From contig VGVZ01000008.1 of assembly GCA_016873805.1 (NCBI GenBank), forward strand, positions 2,592-66,591: a stretch of 64,000 nt of DNA, in the 5' to 3' direction. Positions 29,454 to 37,984 of this stretch are shown here, piece by piece. A program made the translations under genes and the position numbers. The notes beneath the pieces are model-generated. The model did no database searches and was not told where the DNA came from. It was given only the letters and a program-made list of their open reading frames with translations. The first letter of the stretch is position 1, and every line of letters starts with the position of its first letter. Source of the DNA: Ignavibacteria bacterium (GTDB taxonomy: Bacteria; Bacteroidota; Ignavibacteria; UBA10030).

Positions 29454-30137
29454 GTGACACATCTAGCAGAAATCCACAATATCTGTCCAATTCTCGTGAT
29501 TTCGTATCTCTTATTCTTCTTGGGCGGGTATCTCCCCGGCTCATTTCCGACAGCCTATCTTCTCGTCCGAAAGTGGGCGAATCTTGACATTCGCTCCGAG
29601 GGGAGTGGAAATGTCGGTGGTTACAACACGTACAGGGTCACCGGTTCTTCCCGCATGGGGACCGTTGTGGGGCTTATCGACGGTGCGAAGGGCTTGATCG
29701 CGGTCGTGGGGGCCCTGTTGGTCGGGGGAGATTTCTGGCATGTCGCGTTGGCGCTGATTGGGGCGATCGTCGGTCACAATTATTCGGTGTGGCTAAAGTT
29801 CCGAGGCGGACGCGGTCTCGCGACGGCCGCTGGGGGTGTCCTGCCGATCGGAGTGATGTACGGCGTCCATTGGTGCATCGTCTGGATTGTCGCGAAATCT
29901 CTGGGTCGGGGAATTCTCACGGCAAACGTATTCGCCGTACTGCTTGCTCCTCTCCTCGTCTACCTCACGCCCGACAGCGTCCTCAGGTTCTTCATGACAA
30001 GCAACGTGCCGCTGGCTGATTACCGACTGCTGAGCGTTTTGCTTAGTGTCGTGCTTCTGATGGGCCATGTGAACGGCATAAAAGAGGTCGTTGCCGACCT
30101 CAAAGGAGTTCAGCCGGAAATCGAGAATCCGGAATGA
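29454..30137 (+). CDS. Second, divergent PlsY-family glycerol-3-phosphate acyltransferase paralogue
   Basis: ISYLLFFLGGYLPGSFPTAYLL, GSGNVGGYNTYR and GHNYSVWLKFRGGRGLATAAG motifs parallel the PlsY motifs but with substitutions (GGYN for GGTN, GGRG for GGKG). No ATG start. Candidate starts are GTG 29454 and GTG 29496; the ORF track uses TTG 29370. Confidence 0.65.
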   Translation: MTHLAEIHNICPILVISYLLFFLGGYLPGSFPTAYLLVRKWANLDIRSEGSGNVGGYNTYRVTGSSRMGTVVGLIDGAKGLIAVVGALLVGGDFWHVALALIGAIVGHNYSVWLKFRGGRGLATAAGGVLPIGVMYGVHWCIVWIVAKSLGRGILTANVFAVLLAPLLVYLTPDSVLRFFMTSNVPLADYRLLSVLLSVVLLMGHVNGIKEVVADLKGVQPEIENPE

Positions 30138-30143
30138 GATGCT

Positions 30144-31364
30144 ATGAATGGAGGAAGAAAAGTGAAGCTCAAAGGTTTTCTTGCTGTTCTCTCGGTGATG
30201 ATAGTTGTCGGGTTTGTCCTTGGCTATGCGGTGAAATCCGCGACATCTGCTAACCCGCCCGTTCATGACGCTGCGGATGTGGGTGTTCTGGAATCTGGCG
30301 CGGGCATGCAACAGGTGAGTCAGCAGTCGCCCGATGATCTTCCGCGCTCCCGCGAGAACGCGATCACGCGAGCGGTTGCGCGCGTCAGTCCCGCCGTCGT
30401 GGGGATCAATGTGACGGAGGTGCGTCAATTCCGTGATCCGTTCCACAGTTTCTTTGGCGATGATCCCTTCTTCCGGCAGTTCTTTGGAGACCGGACATAC
30501 AAGCAGGAGGTCAAGGGTATCGGTTCGGGATTCATCATCTCGCCCGACGGCTACATCGTGACGAATGACCATGTCGCCGGCAATGCCGCCGAGATTACCG
30601 TGACACTGACAAGTGGAGAGCGCCTGAAGGCACAGATCGTCGGATCCGATCCGGTGACGGACATTTGTTTGCTCAAGGTGGAGGGCCGAAATCTTCCGTC
30701 TCTCACCTTCGGCAACTCGGATGAAATCATCATCGGTGAGTGGTCGATTGCCCTCGGAAATCCGTTCGGACTCTTCGAAATCAATGACAAGCCGACGGTG
30801 ACGGTTGGTGTGATCAGTTCGACGGGAATGAACCTGGGTCGTGTTGGCAATCGTTTCTATCGCGACATGATTGAGACGGATGCAGCAATCAATGGCGGGA
30901 ACAGCGGTGGACCGCTGGTGAATGGACTTGGCGAAGTCATCGGCGTGAATACACTGATTTTCACCGGAGGCCAGAGCTCCACGTATGTCGGATACGGATT
31001 CGCCATCCCGATCAACAAGGTGAAATCGATCGTCAATGAGCTCAGGAAAAGCGGCAAGGTGGGTCGTCAGGGATATACAGGATTTGAAGCGCAGGTTGTT
31101 GATGTGAATATCGCGCGGTACTTCGGCTTGGCGCGCGCCGAGGGAATCATCATCAGTGAGATCCATCGGGGAGGACCTTCGGAACGGGCCGGGTTACGGG
31201 TCGGCGATATCATTCTCGAGATCAACGGGAAGAACGTAAAATCCGATACGGATTTCCTCGGAATTCTCTATGATTCAAAGCCCGGGGAGACGTGGGAGAT
31301 GAAGATTTTCCGCGACAAGCGAACGATTTCGATCAGTCTCAGAATCGACAAGGATCCTCAATAA
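30144..31364 (+). CDS. htrA: HtrA/DegP-family periplasmic serine endoprotease with a C-terminal PDZ domain
   Basis: Signal/TM segment, the catalytic triad context (TNDHV, D, GNSGGPLVN) and a PDZ domain (GDIILEINGKNV). Confidence 0.85.
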   Translation: MNGGRKVKLKGFLAVLSVMIVVGFVLGYAVKSATSANPPVHDAADVGVLESGAGMQQVSQQSPDDLPRSRENAITRAVARVSPAVVGINVTEVRQFRDPFHSFFGDDPFFRQFFGDRTYKQEVKGIGSGFIISPDGYIVTNDHVAGNAAEITVTLTSGERLKAQIVGSDPVTDICLLKVEGRNLPSLTFGNSDEIIIGEWSIALGNPFGLFEINDKPTVTVGVISSTGMNLGRVGNRFYRDMIETDAAINGGNSGGPLVNGLGEVIGVNTLIFTGGQSSTYVGYGFAIPINKVKSIVNELRKSGKVGRQGYTGFEAQVVDVNIARYFGLARAEGIIISEIHRGGPSERAGLRVGDIILEINGKNVKSDTDFLGILYDSKPGETWEMKIFRDKRTISISLRIDKDPQ

Positions 31365-31377
31365 AGGAGAGCGCCGC

Positions 31378-32673
31378 GTGATCGGCCGTTACACCCGTCC
31401 GGAGATGGGGGGCATCTGGGAAGACGAAAACAGGTTTCGCATCTGGCTGGAGATCGAGGTGCTGGCGTGCGAGGCACAGGCGCAACGCGGGATCGTCCCC
31501 GAGGAAGCCGTCATGACCATCAGGTCGAAGGCGGCGTTCTCGGTCGAACGGATTCTGGAAATCGAACGTGAAGTCAAACACGATGTCATCGCGTTCCTGA
31601 CGAATGTCGGGGAATCGGTCGGCCCCGACGCGCGCTTCATTCATCTGGGGATGACTTCGTCGGATGTGCTCGATACTGCGCTCGCCGTCCAGATGGATCA
31701 GTCTGCCGCGTTGCTTCTGAGCGGTCTCACGGGACTCCGGGACGTGCTGGCGCGGCGGGCAAAGGAATTCAAGTACACGGTGATGGTGGGGCGAACTCAC
31801 GGTGTGCATGCCGAGCCGGTGACGTTTGGACTCAAACTTGCGCTCTGGTATGCCGAAGTGTCGAGGAATATCTACCGTCTGACCGCGGCTCGCAAACGCA
31901 TTGCCGTTGGTCAGATTTCCGGGGCCGTGGGGACGTACGCATATGTAGACCCATTTGTGGAGGCATACGTGTGCAGAAAGCTTGGACTCGAACCGGCCCC
32001 GATTTCCACGCAGGTTATCCAACGGGACCGCCACGCCGAGTTTCTCAACGTGCTTGCCGTCTGCGGATGTACGCTGGAAAAGATAGCCACAGAAATCCGG
32101 CACCTCCAGAAGACGGAAGTGCTCGAGGCCGAAGAGTTCTTCTCGAAGGGGCAAAAAGGCTCCAGTGCGATGCCGCATAAACGTAATCCGATCACCTGCG
32201 AACGGATTGCCGGACTCTCCCGCGTTCTTCGGGGGAATGCCTTGGCCGGGATGGAAAATGTCGCACTCTGGCACGAGCGGGACATCACGCATTCATCAGT
32301 AGAGAGGATCGTGATCCCGGATAGCTGTATCCTTCTTGATTTTATGCTTCATGAGACAACGCGAGTGATCGATAAGCTCGTGGTGTATCCGGACAACATG
32401 ACCCGAAACCTCGAACGCACGCGCGGCCTCATCTTTTCGCAGTCGCTCCTCCTTGCGCTCATGCAGAAGGGGATGAGCAGGGAAGACGCTTACGCGATCG
32501 TACAGCGCCTGGCAATGACGGTTTGGGAAACAAAAGTCGAATTCAGCGCTCTTGCGCGCGGCAACGAGGCAGTCAAACAATTCCTCTCAGACGCGGATCT
32601 CGAAGCCCTTTTTGATCCGAAGAAGAGTACCCAGCACGTCGACTACATCTTCGAACAAGTCGGCTTGAAATAA
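31378..32673 (+). CDS. purB: Adenylosuccinate lyase
   Basis: MIGRYTRPEMGGIW N-terminus and the fumarate lyase signature GSSAMPHKRNP. GTG start with an AAGGAGA Shine-Dalgarno sequence. Confidence 0.9.
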   Translation: MIGRYTRPEMGGIWEDENRFRIWLEIEVLACEAQAQRGIVPEEAVMTIRSKAAFSVERILEIEREVKHDVIAFLTNVGESVGPDARFIHLGMTSSDVLDTALAVQMDQSAALLLSGLTGLRDVLARRAKEFKYTVMVGRTHGVHAEPVTFGLKLALWYAEVSRNIYRLTAARKRIAVGQISGAVGTYAYVDPFVEAYVCRKLGLEPAPISTQVIQRDRHAEFLNVLAVCGCTLEKIATEIRHLQKTEVLEAEEFFSKGQKGSSAMPHKRNPITCERIAGLSRVLRGNALAGMENVALWHERDITHSSVERIVIPDSCILLDFMLHETTRVIDKLVVYPDNMTRNLERTRGLIFSQSLLLALMQKGMSREDAYAIVQRLAMTVWETKVEFSALARGNEAVKQFLSDADLEALFDPKKSTQHVDYIFEQVGLK

Positions 32674-32686
32674 TCGAAAGAAAATC

Positions 32687-34180
32687 ATGGCAAAGACATT
32701 TCAGAATTTCATCAACGGAACGTGGGTCAATGCAAAAAGCGGGAAGACTTTCGAAAATCGCAATCCGGCGAATTGGGCCGAGGTGCTCGGCACATTTCCC
32801 TCATCATCGAAGGACGATGTCGACGAGGCCGTGAAAGCCGCGCGCGCGGCGTTTGAGCGGTGGCGGTTGGTCCCCGCCCCGCATCGCGGAGATATCTTGC
32901 GGAAGGTCGGCGATCTCATGACGGCTCGAAAAGATGAAATCGCCCGACGCATGACAAGAGAGATGGGAAAGGTGCTCCTCGAGACGCGAGGTGACGTTCA
33001 GGAAGGAATCGACACCGCGTACTATGCAGCCACTGAGGGAAGGCGTCTCTTCGGCCACACCGTCCCATCGGAACTCCCCAACAAGTTCAACATGGCGATG
33101 CGAATGCCGATCGGCGTCGCGGGAATCATCACCCCATGGAATTTTCCGATGGCGATACCGACCTGGAAGATTTTTCCCGCTCTCGTGTGCGGCAATACGG
33201 TTGTGTTCAAACCCGCGTCCGATACGCCGGAGACTGCCACCATTCTGGTTGAGATTCTCGCGGAAGCAGGGATTCCGGAGGGCGTCATCAATCTTGTACA
33301 CGGCGGAGGAGGCGCGGTGGGGATGGCGATCGTTGAACATCCTGACATTGATCTTGTGAGCTTCACGGGGTCGACCTCCGTGGGGAAGAAGATAGCGGAA
33401 CTGGCGGGCAAGTCGCTGAAACGCGTTTCCCTTGAACTCGGCGGGAAAAACGCCCAGATCGTGATGGAGGATGCGAACCTCGATCTCGCCCTCGACGGCG
33501 TGCTGTGGGGTGCGTTTGGAACAACCGGCCAGCGATGCACCGCCACCAGCCGCCTGATTCTTCATGAGAACATCTACGACAAGTTTCTCTCGATGTTAGT
33601 TGCAGGGGTGAAGAAGCTCCGCGTCGGCGATGGATTGAAGGAGGGGACACATGTCGGACCTCTCGTCAACGAAGGACAGCGGGAAGTTGTGGAAGAGTAT
33701 GTGAAGATCGGCACCGACGAGGGAGCAACAGTGCTCCATGGAGGAAAGCGACTTTCCGGCGGCGAACATGAAAAAGGATGGTTCCACGAGCCCACCATTC
33801 TCGTCAACGTGACTCCCGATATGCGGGTCGCGCGCGAGGAGATCTTTGGTCCGGTTCTCTCGGTTCTTAAGGTCTCGTCGGTGGAACAGGCTATTGAAGT
33901 ATCGAACAACACGAAGTACGGTCTTTCCTCTTCCATGTACACGCAAAACATCGGGTACGCGTACACTGCGATCCGGGACATCAAAGCCGGGATCACGTAC
34001 ATCAACAGTCCGACGATTGGGGCCGAAGCGCACATGCCGTTTGGCGGCGTGAAGGAGACAGGAAACGGTCACCGGGAAGGGGGATGGACAGTCTTCGAAT
34101 TCTACTCTGAATGGAAAACCGTCTATATCGATTACAGCGGCAAGCTGCAGCGTGCCCAGATTGATACGGAGGGGACGTAA
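32687..34180 (+). CDS. ALDH7 (antiquitin)-family aldehyde dehydrogenase; probable piperideine-6-carboxylate / alpha-aminoadipic semialdehyde dehydrogenase
   Basis: ALDH core (ELGGKNA, GQRCTATSRL). The ALDH7-typical C-terminal motif INSPTIGAEAHMPFGGVKETGNGHREGG is present; compare the antiquitin motif [26 protein letters not shown]. Gene context: it lies immediately upstream of the L-lysine 6-aminotransferase gene. Confidence 0.7.
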   Translation: MAKTFQNFINGTWVNAKSGKTFENRNPANWAEVLGTFPSSSKDDVDEAVKAARAAFERWRLVPAPHRGDILRKVGDLMTARKDEIARRMTREMGKVLLETRGDVQEGIDTAYYAATEGRRLFGHTVPSELPNKFNMAMRMPIGVAGIITPWNFPMAIPTWKIFPALVCGNTVVFKPASDTPETATILVEILAEAGIPEGVINLVHGGGGAVGMAIVEHPDIDLVSFTGSTSVGKKIAELAGKSLKRVSLELGGKNAQIVMEDANLDLALDGVLWGAFGTTGQRCTATSRLILHENIYDKFLSMLVAGVKKLRVGDGLKEGTHVGPLVNEGQREVVEEYVKIGTDEGATVLHGGKRLSGGEHEKGWFHEPTILVNVTPDMRVAREEIFGPVLSVLKVSSVEQAIEVSNNTKYGLSSSMYTQNIGYAYTAIRDIKAGITYINSPTIGAEAHMPFGGVKETGNGHREGGWTVFEFYSEWKTVYIDYSGKLQRAQIDTEGT

Positions 34181-34347
34181 CAACATGACCGGACGCCCCT
34201 TTCTTATCTGTTTCTACGAACATCAGGAGTTCTTCTGAGAGTCGGCATATTCTTTTTGACTAATCCGATGAGGGTCCGCTCCATGCCCGGCGAATCCTCG
34301 AGAAAAGAACATGTCCATCATTCACTCGACTCTATCGGAGAATATCC

Positions 34348-35772
34348 ATGACCACACGGACAACAGAACAGGGGCGTGAGCAGAAGAATCATCTTCCCCG
34401 CCACCTCTCGACATCAGAACCTTCAAATCCTCCATTCATTCCCCGACAGCCGATATCGCCGTCTGACGTCCATGCGACGCTGAAGAAGCACATGCTCGTC
34501 GATGGGTTTGAGTTTGTCGTCGATTTCAAGCGCAGCCACGGTTCGTACTTGTTCGACTTCGTTTCGAATCGTCGGCTTCTCGATTTCTTCACATTCTTCG
34601 CGTCGGGTTCGGTCGGGTTCAATCATCCCAAGCTCACTGATCCGGCGTTCAAGGAGCATCTGGCGACACTTGCCGTGAACAAGCCCTCGAACTCCGATGT
34701 CTATTCGGTCGAGCTCGCGGAATTCGTCTCGACCTTCAGCCGAATAGCCCTCCCGTCGTACATGAAGTACATGTTCTTCATCGAAGGGGGAGCCGTGGCC
34801 GTTGAGAACGCCCTGAAGACCGCCTTCGACTGGAAGATTCGCAAGAACTTCGAGAGAGGATACAAGGAAGAACGCGGAAACCAGATTGTCCACTTCCGAC
34901 GGGCGTTTCACGGCAGATCGGGATACGCCCTCTCGCTGACGAACACCGATCCGACCAAGACGAATTACTTCCCGAAGTTCTCGTGGCCGCGTATTCATAA
35001 TCCTGCTATCCGCTTCCCGTTGAACGAAGAAAACCTGCGGCGTGTGGAGGAAGAGGAACGCCAGGCCCTCGCACAGATCAAGGATGCGATTAAGTCAAAT
35101 CCTGACGATATCGCGGGTCTCATCATCGAGCCGATTCAGGCGGAGGGTGGTGATAATCATTTCCGCAAAGAGTTCTTCATCGAACTGAGACAGATCTGCA
35201 ACGAAAACGAGATCCTTCTTATCTTCGATGAGGTGCAGACAGGGGTCGGACTCACCGGAAGAATGTGGGCGCATGAATACTTCGTCGAACCTGATCTCAT
35301 GGCTTTCGGAAAAAAGACCCAGGTATGCGGAGTGCTCTCAGGCACAAGGATCGATGATATCCAGGACAATGTCTTTCATAAACCGAGCCGTATCAATTCG
35401 ACCTTCGGGGGGAACTTGATAGACATGGTTCGGTTTATGCGTATTCTGGAGATCATCGAGGAGGATCACCTGATCGGAAATGCCGAACGGGTTGGCACAC
35501 ACCTGCTCGCACAATTATCAGCGCTTCAGAGTGAATTCCCCAAGCTCATCGACAATGTCCGTGGACGCGGACTGTTCTGCGCGATGGATCTGCCCACGCC
35601 GGAACTGCGGCTTGCTCTGCGAAAGAAGGCACTGAGTAAGGGATTGATCCTCATCGGATGCGGCGAGAGCGCCATTCGCTTCAGACCGCCGCTGAATCTT
35701 TCCGCCGACGAAGCCGATGAAGGTCTCGCTATTATCCGGCAATCACTGAAGGAACTCTCAACGTCAAACTGA
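34348..35772 (+). CDS. lat: L-lysine 6-aminotransferase (lysine epsilon-aminotransferase; class III PLP aminotransferase)
   Basis: N-terminal HATLKKHMLVDGFEFVVDFKRSHGSYLFD...FFTFFASGSVGFNHPKL matches LAT-family proteins. Class-III aminotransferase features are present (DEVQTGVGLTGRMWA, lysine in AFGKK). The true start may lie downstream of 34348. Confidence 0.75.
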   Translation: MTTRTTEQGREQKNHLPRHLSTSEPSNPPFIPRQPISPSDVHATLKKHMLVDGFEFVVDFKRSHGSYLFDFVSNRRLLDFFTFFASGSVGFNHPKLTDPAFKEHLATLAVNKPSNSDVYSVELAEFVSTFSRIALPSYMKYMFFIEGGAVAVENALKTAFDWKIRKNFERGYKEERGNQIVHFRRAFHGRSGYALSLTNTDPTKTNYFPKFSWPRIHNPAIRFPLNEENLRRVEEEERQALAQIKDAIKSNPDDIAGLIIEPIQAEGGDNHFRKEFFIELRQICNENEILLIFDEVQTGVGLTGRMWAHEYFVEPDLMAFGKKTQVCGVLSGTRIDDIQDNVFHKPSRINSTFGGNLIDMVRFMRILEIIEEDHLIGNAERVGTHLLAQLSALQSEFPKLIDNVRGRGLFCAMDLPTPELRLALRKKALSKGLILIGCGESAIRFRPPLNLSADEADEGLAIIRQSLKELSTSN

Positions 35773-35782
35773 GGAATAGAGG

Positions 35783-36628
35783 ATGGAAACCGCCGGAAGA
35801 ACCATCGGGGACGATCTCCGACTGAACATCGCGCTGGTCAAAGATCTGCTGATCCGATTCGTGAGAGATCAGATTCGCAACGTCGGATTTGAGCGGGCAA
35901 TCATTGGTCTCTCCGGCGGGGTGGACTCCGCGGTTTCCACTTCCCTCGCGCTCCAGGCGCTGGGGCAAGACAATACGCTGGCCGTGATCCTTCCGCATCG
36001 GGACAGCAGCAGGGAGAGTGTGGAAGACGCCGAGCTGGTTGCCCGCGAACTGGGCGTCCATGCCGAGACGATCGATATCTCCGGAATGGTCGATTCGTAT
36101 GCTCAGGCTCAGAACGTGACGGACAAGGTGCGGCGCGGAAACTTGATGGCCCGGGCGAGAATGATTGTTCTGTACGATCTCTCGCTGAGAGAAAAGGCAC
36201 TCGTCATCGGTACGAGCAACAAAACGGAACTGCTTCTTGGCTATGGGACGATTCACGGTGATCTCGCGTGTGCGATCAACCCGATCGGCGATCTGTACAA
36301 AACCCAGGTTTGGCAGCTCGCGGATGCTCTCGGGATTCCCAAGAAGGTGATTGAGAAGAAACCGACCGCTGATCTCTGGCCGGACCAGACCGACGAGGGT
36401 GAGCTCGGCTTCACGTACGCAAGTGTCGATAGACTGTTGCACAAGATGGTCGATGAACGCCGGCGGGACGACGAACTCGCGGCAGCCGGATTCGAGCCGG
36501 AGTTCATTAGCCGTGTCCGGGAGATGATCCGTAAGAACCAGTTTAAGAGGCGTCCCCCGATTATTGCCAAAGTCTCCCATCGCACTGTGAACGTCGATTT
36601 TCGCTATAGCCGTGACTGGGGAGCATGA
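35783..36628 (+). CDS. nadE: Ammonia-dependent NAD+ synthetase
   Basis: PP-loop SGGVDSAV and the NadE family C-terminal region. Confidence 0.87.
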   Translation: METAGRTIGDDLRLNIALVKDLLIRFVRDQIRNVGFERAIIGLSGGVDSAVSTSLALQALGQDNTLAVILPHRDSSRESVEDAELVARELGVHAETIDISGMVDSYAQAQNVTDKVRRGNLMARARMIVLYDLSLREKALVIGTSNKTELLLGYGTIHGDLACAINPIGDLYKTQVWQLADALGIPKKVIEKKPTADLWPDQTDEGELGFTYASVDRLLHKMVDERRRDDELAAAGFEPEFISRVREMIRKNQFKRRPPIIAKVSHRTVNVDFRYSRDWGA

Positions 36629-36667
36629 GAGAGTGCGGCGTGCGGATTGTTGAAGTGAATCTGGCGA

Positions 36668-37417
36668 ATGGGGTGTGACAAATGCAGAATGGGGATTGTT
36701 GAAGTGAAAACGGACAAGAGGTCTCTGAACGGTACGCTCTATCTCGTCGCCACGCCGATCGGCAATCTTGAGGATATCACCTATCGCGCGGTGAGGATCC
36801 TTGCGGAGGTCGACCTGATCGCCGCCGAAGATACGCGCAAGACCAAGATCTTGCTCGACCGATACAATATCAGCAAGCCGATGGTGAGCTACTTCAGTCA
36901 GAATGAAGTGAGGCGCATTCCGGAGCTCATGTCACGACTTCAGCAAGGTGAATCGATAGCCCTGGTCTCGGATGCCGGTACTCCGGGGATTTCGGATCCC
37001 GCATACCGAATCGTGAACGAGGCAATTGCGCGTGATATCACGGTCGTTCCGATTCCGGGGGCTGCTGCGCTCATCCCCGCCCTTGTGATCAGCGGTCTTC
37101 CCACCCACGCTTTTGTCTTTGAGGGATTTCTCCCCCAGAAGAAAGGGAGAAAAACACGAATCCTCCAGCTGAAACACGAACGCCGAACCATTGTTCTCTA
37201 TGAAAGTCCGCACCGTATCGTCAAGACCCTGCGCGAACTCCACGCCGCACTGGGCAACCGCTACATCGTCCTCGTCAGGGAATTGACGAAGATGTATGAA
37301 GAAGTCCTGAGGGGGCCGATCGAAGATATCCTTAACCAGATCGCCCACAAACCCGCGCGCGGAGAGTATGTTATTGTGATCTCCGGAGTGGAAGAAGAGA
37401 CCGACCACGAGCTATAG
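36668..37417 (+). CDS. rsmI: 16S rRNA (cytidine1402-2'-O)-methyltransferase
   Basis: LYLVATPIGNLEDITYRAVRILAEVDLIAAEDTRKTKILL tetrapyrrole-methylase-fold RsmI signature. An alternative in-frame ATG lies at 36689. Confidence 0.87.
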   Translation: MGCDKCRMGIVEVKTDKRSLNGTLYLVATPIGNLEDITYRAVRILAEVDLIAAEDTRKTKILLDRYNISKPMVSYFSQNEVRRIPELMSRLQQGESIALVSDAGTPGISDPAYRIVNEAIARDITVVPIPGAAALIPALVISGLPTHAFVFEGFLPQKKGRKTRILQLKHERRTIVLYESPHRIVKTLRELHAALGNRYIVLVRELTKMYEEVLRGPIEDILNQIAHKPARGEYVIVISGVEEETDHEL

Positions 37418-37511
37418 GATGTCGCGCGGTCGAGTTGTGATTGCTCAGTGCTTGCGGTATATTGCACCACATCTCGAAGACCGAATTTCCTTCACACACG
37501 CTGACCACGGA

Positions 37512-37958
37512 ATGAACTGCATCGTTCGATCACGTGCGATGTTCGTTGTCCTCCTTTCTCTGATCGGTTGTCTTGCCATACGCGAGGGACAACGCGCGCC
37601 TGAGTTTGAGCCATTTCCCTACCCGATCCACTCAGCCGCCGAACTTCAGTGGTTCTACAATGCAGATAGCTCATACGTGGTTCGATACGTCGTGCTGAAT
37701 AAGTCAAAGACTGCGACGCGTCGCCACATCCGGTTCGCCATCCACGATACAAAAAGCGGAGCGATCCTCTTTTCGGATGAGCTGGACGACGCATCGCTCT
37801 CCTGGCGAAACGCCAATGAACTCGAAGTCGAACACCGTCCGGGAATTATTCCTGCAGAAGATGAGTTCAACGAATATCTTCACGGATACATTTATCACGT
37901 CCAATCAAGAACGAAAATCCCTCGGCGGGCCTCCATCCCGCATCCCGATTCGAAGTAG
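37512..37958 (+). CDS. Hypothetical small lipoprotein
   Basis: Signal peptide with a lipobox-like LIGC motif (MFVVLLSLIGCLA). No recognisable family. The ORF track begins at 37419; internal ATGs at 37512 and 37539 are more plausible starts. Confidence 0.4.
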   Translation: MNCIVRSRAMFVVLLSLIGCLAIREGQRAPEFEPFPYPIHSAAELQWFYNADSSYVVRYVVLNKSKTATRRHIRFAIHDTKSGAILFSDELDDASLSWRNANELEVEHRPGIIPAEDEFNEYLHGYIYHVQSRTKIPRRASIPHPDSK

Positions 37959-37984
37959 CGTGTCATAGCCGAAAGGAGCGATGT

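Noticed and set aside
29370-30137. Second PlsY copy as a pseudogene
   Set aside because: Both catalytic-region motifs are intact and the frame is continuous for more than 220 codons. Only the start codon is non-ATG, and GTG/TTG starts are common elsewhere in this window. It was kept as a real, divergent paralogue.
34181-34347. Possible lysine riboswitch (L-box) upstream of lat
   Set aside because: The gap is only about 167 nt. I could not identify the conserved L-box helices or core. Lysine riboswitches usually control biosynthesis or transport rather than catabolic genes.
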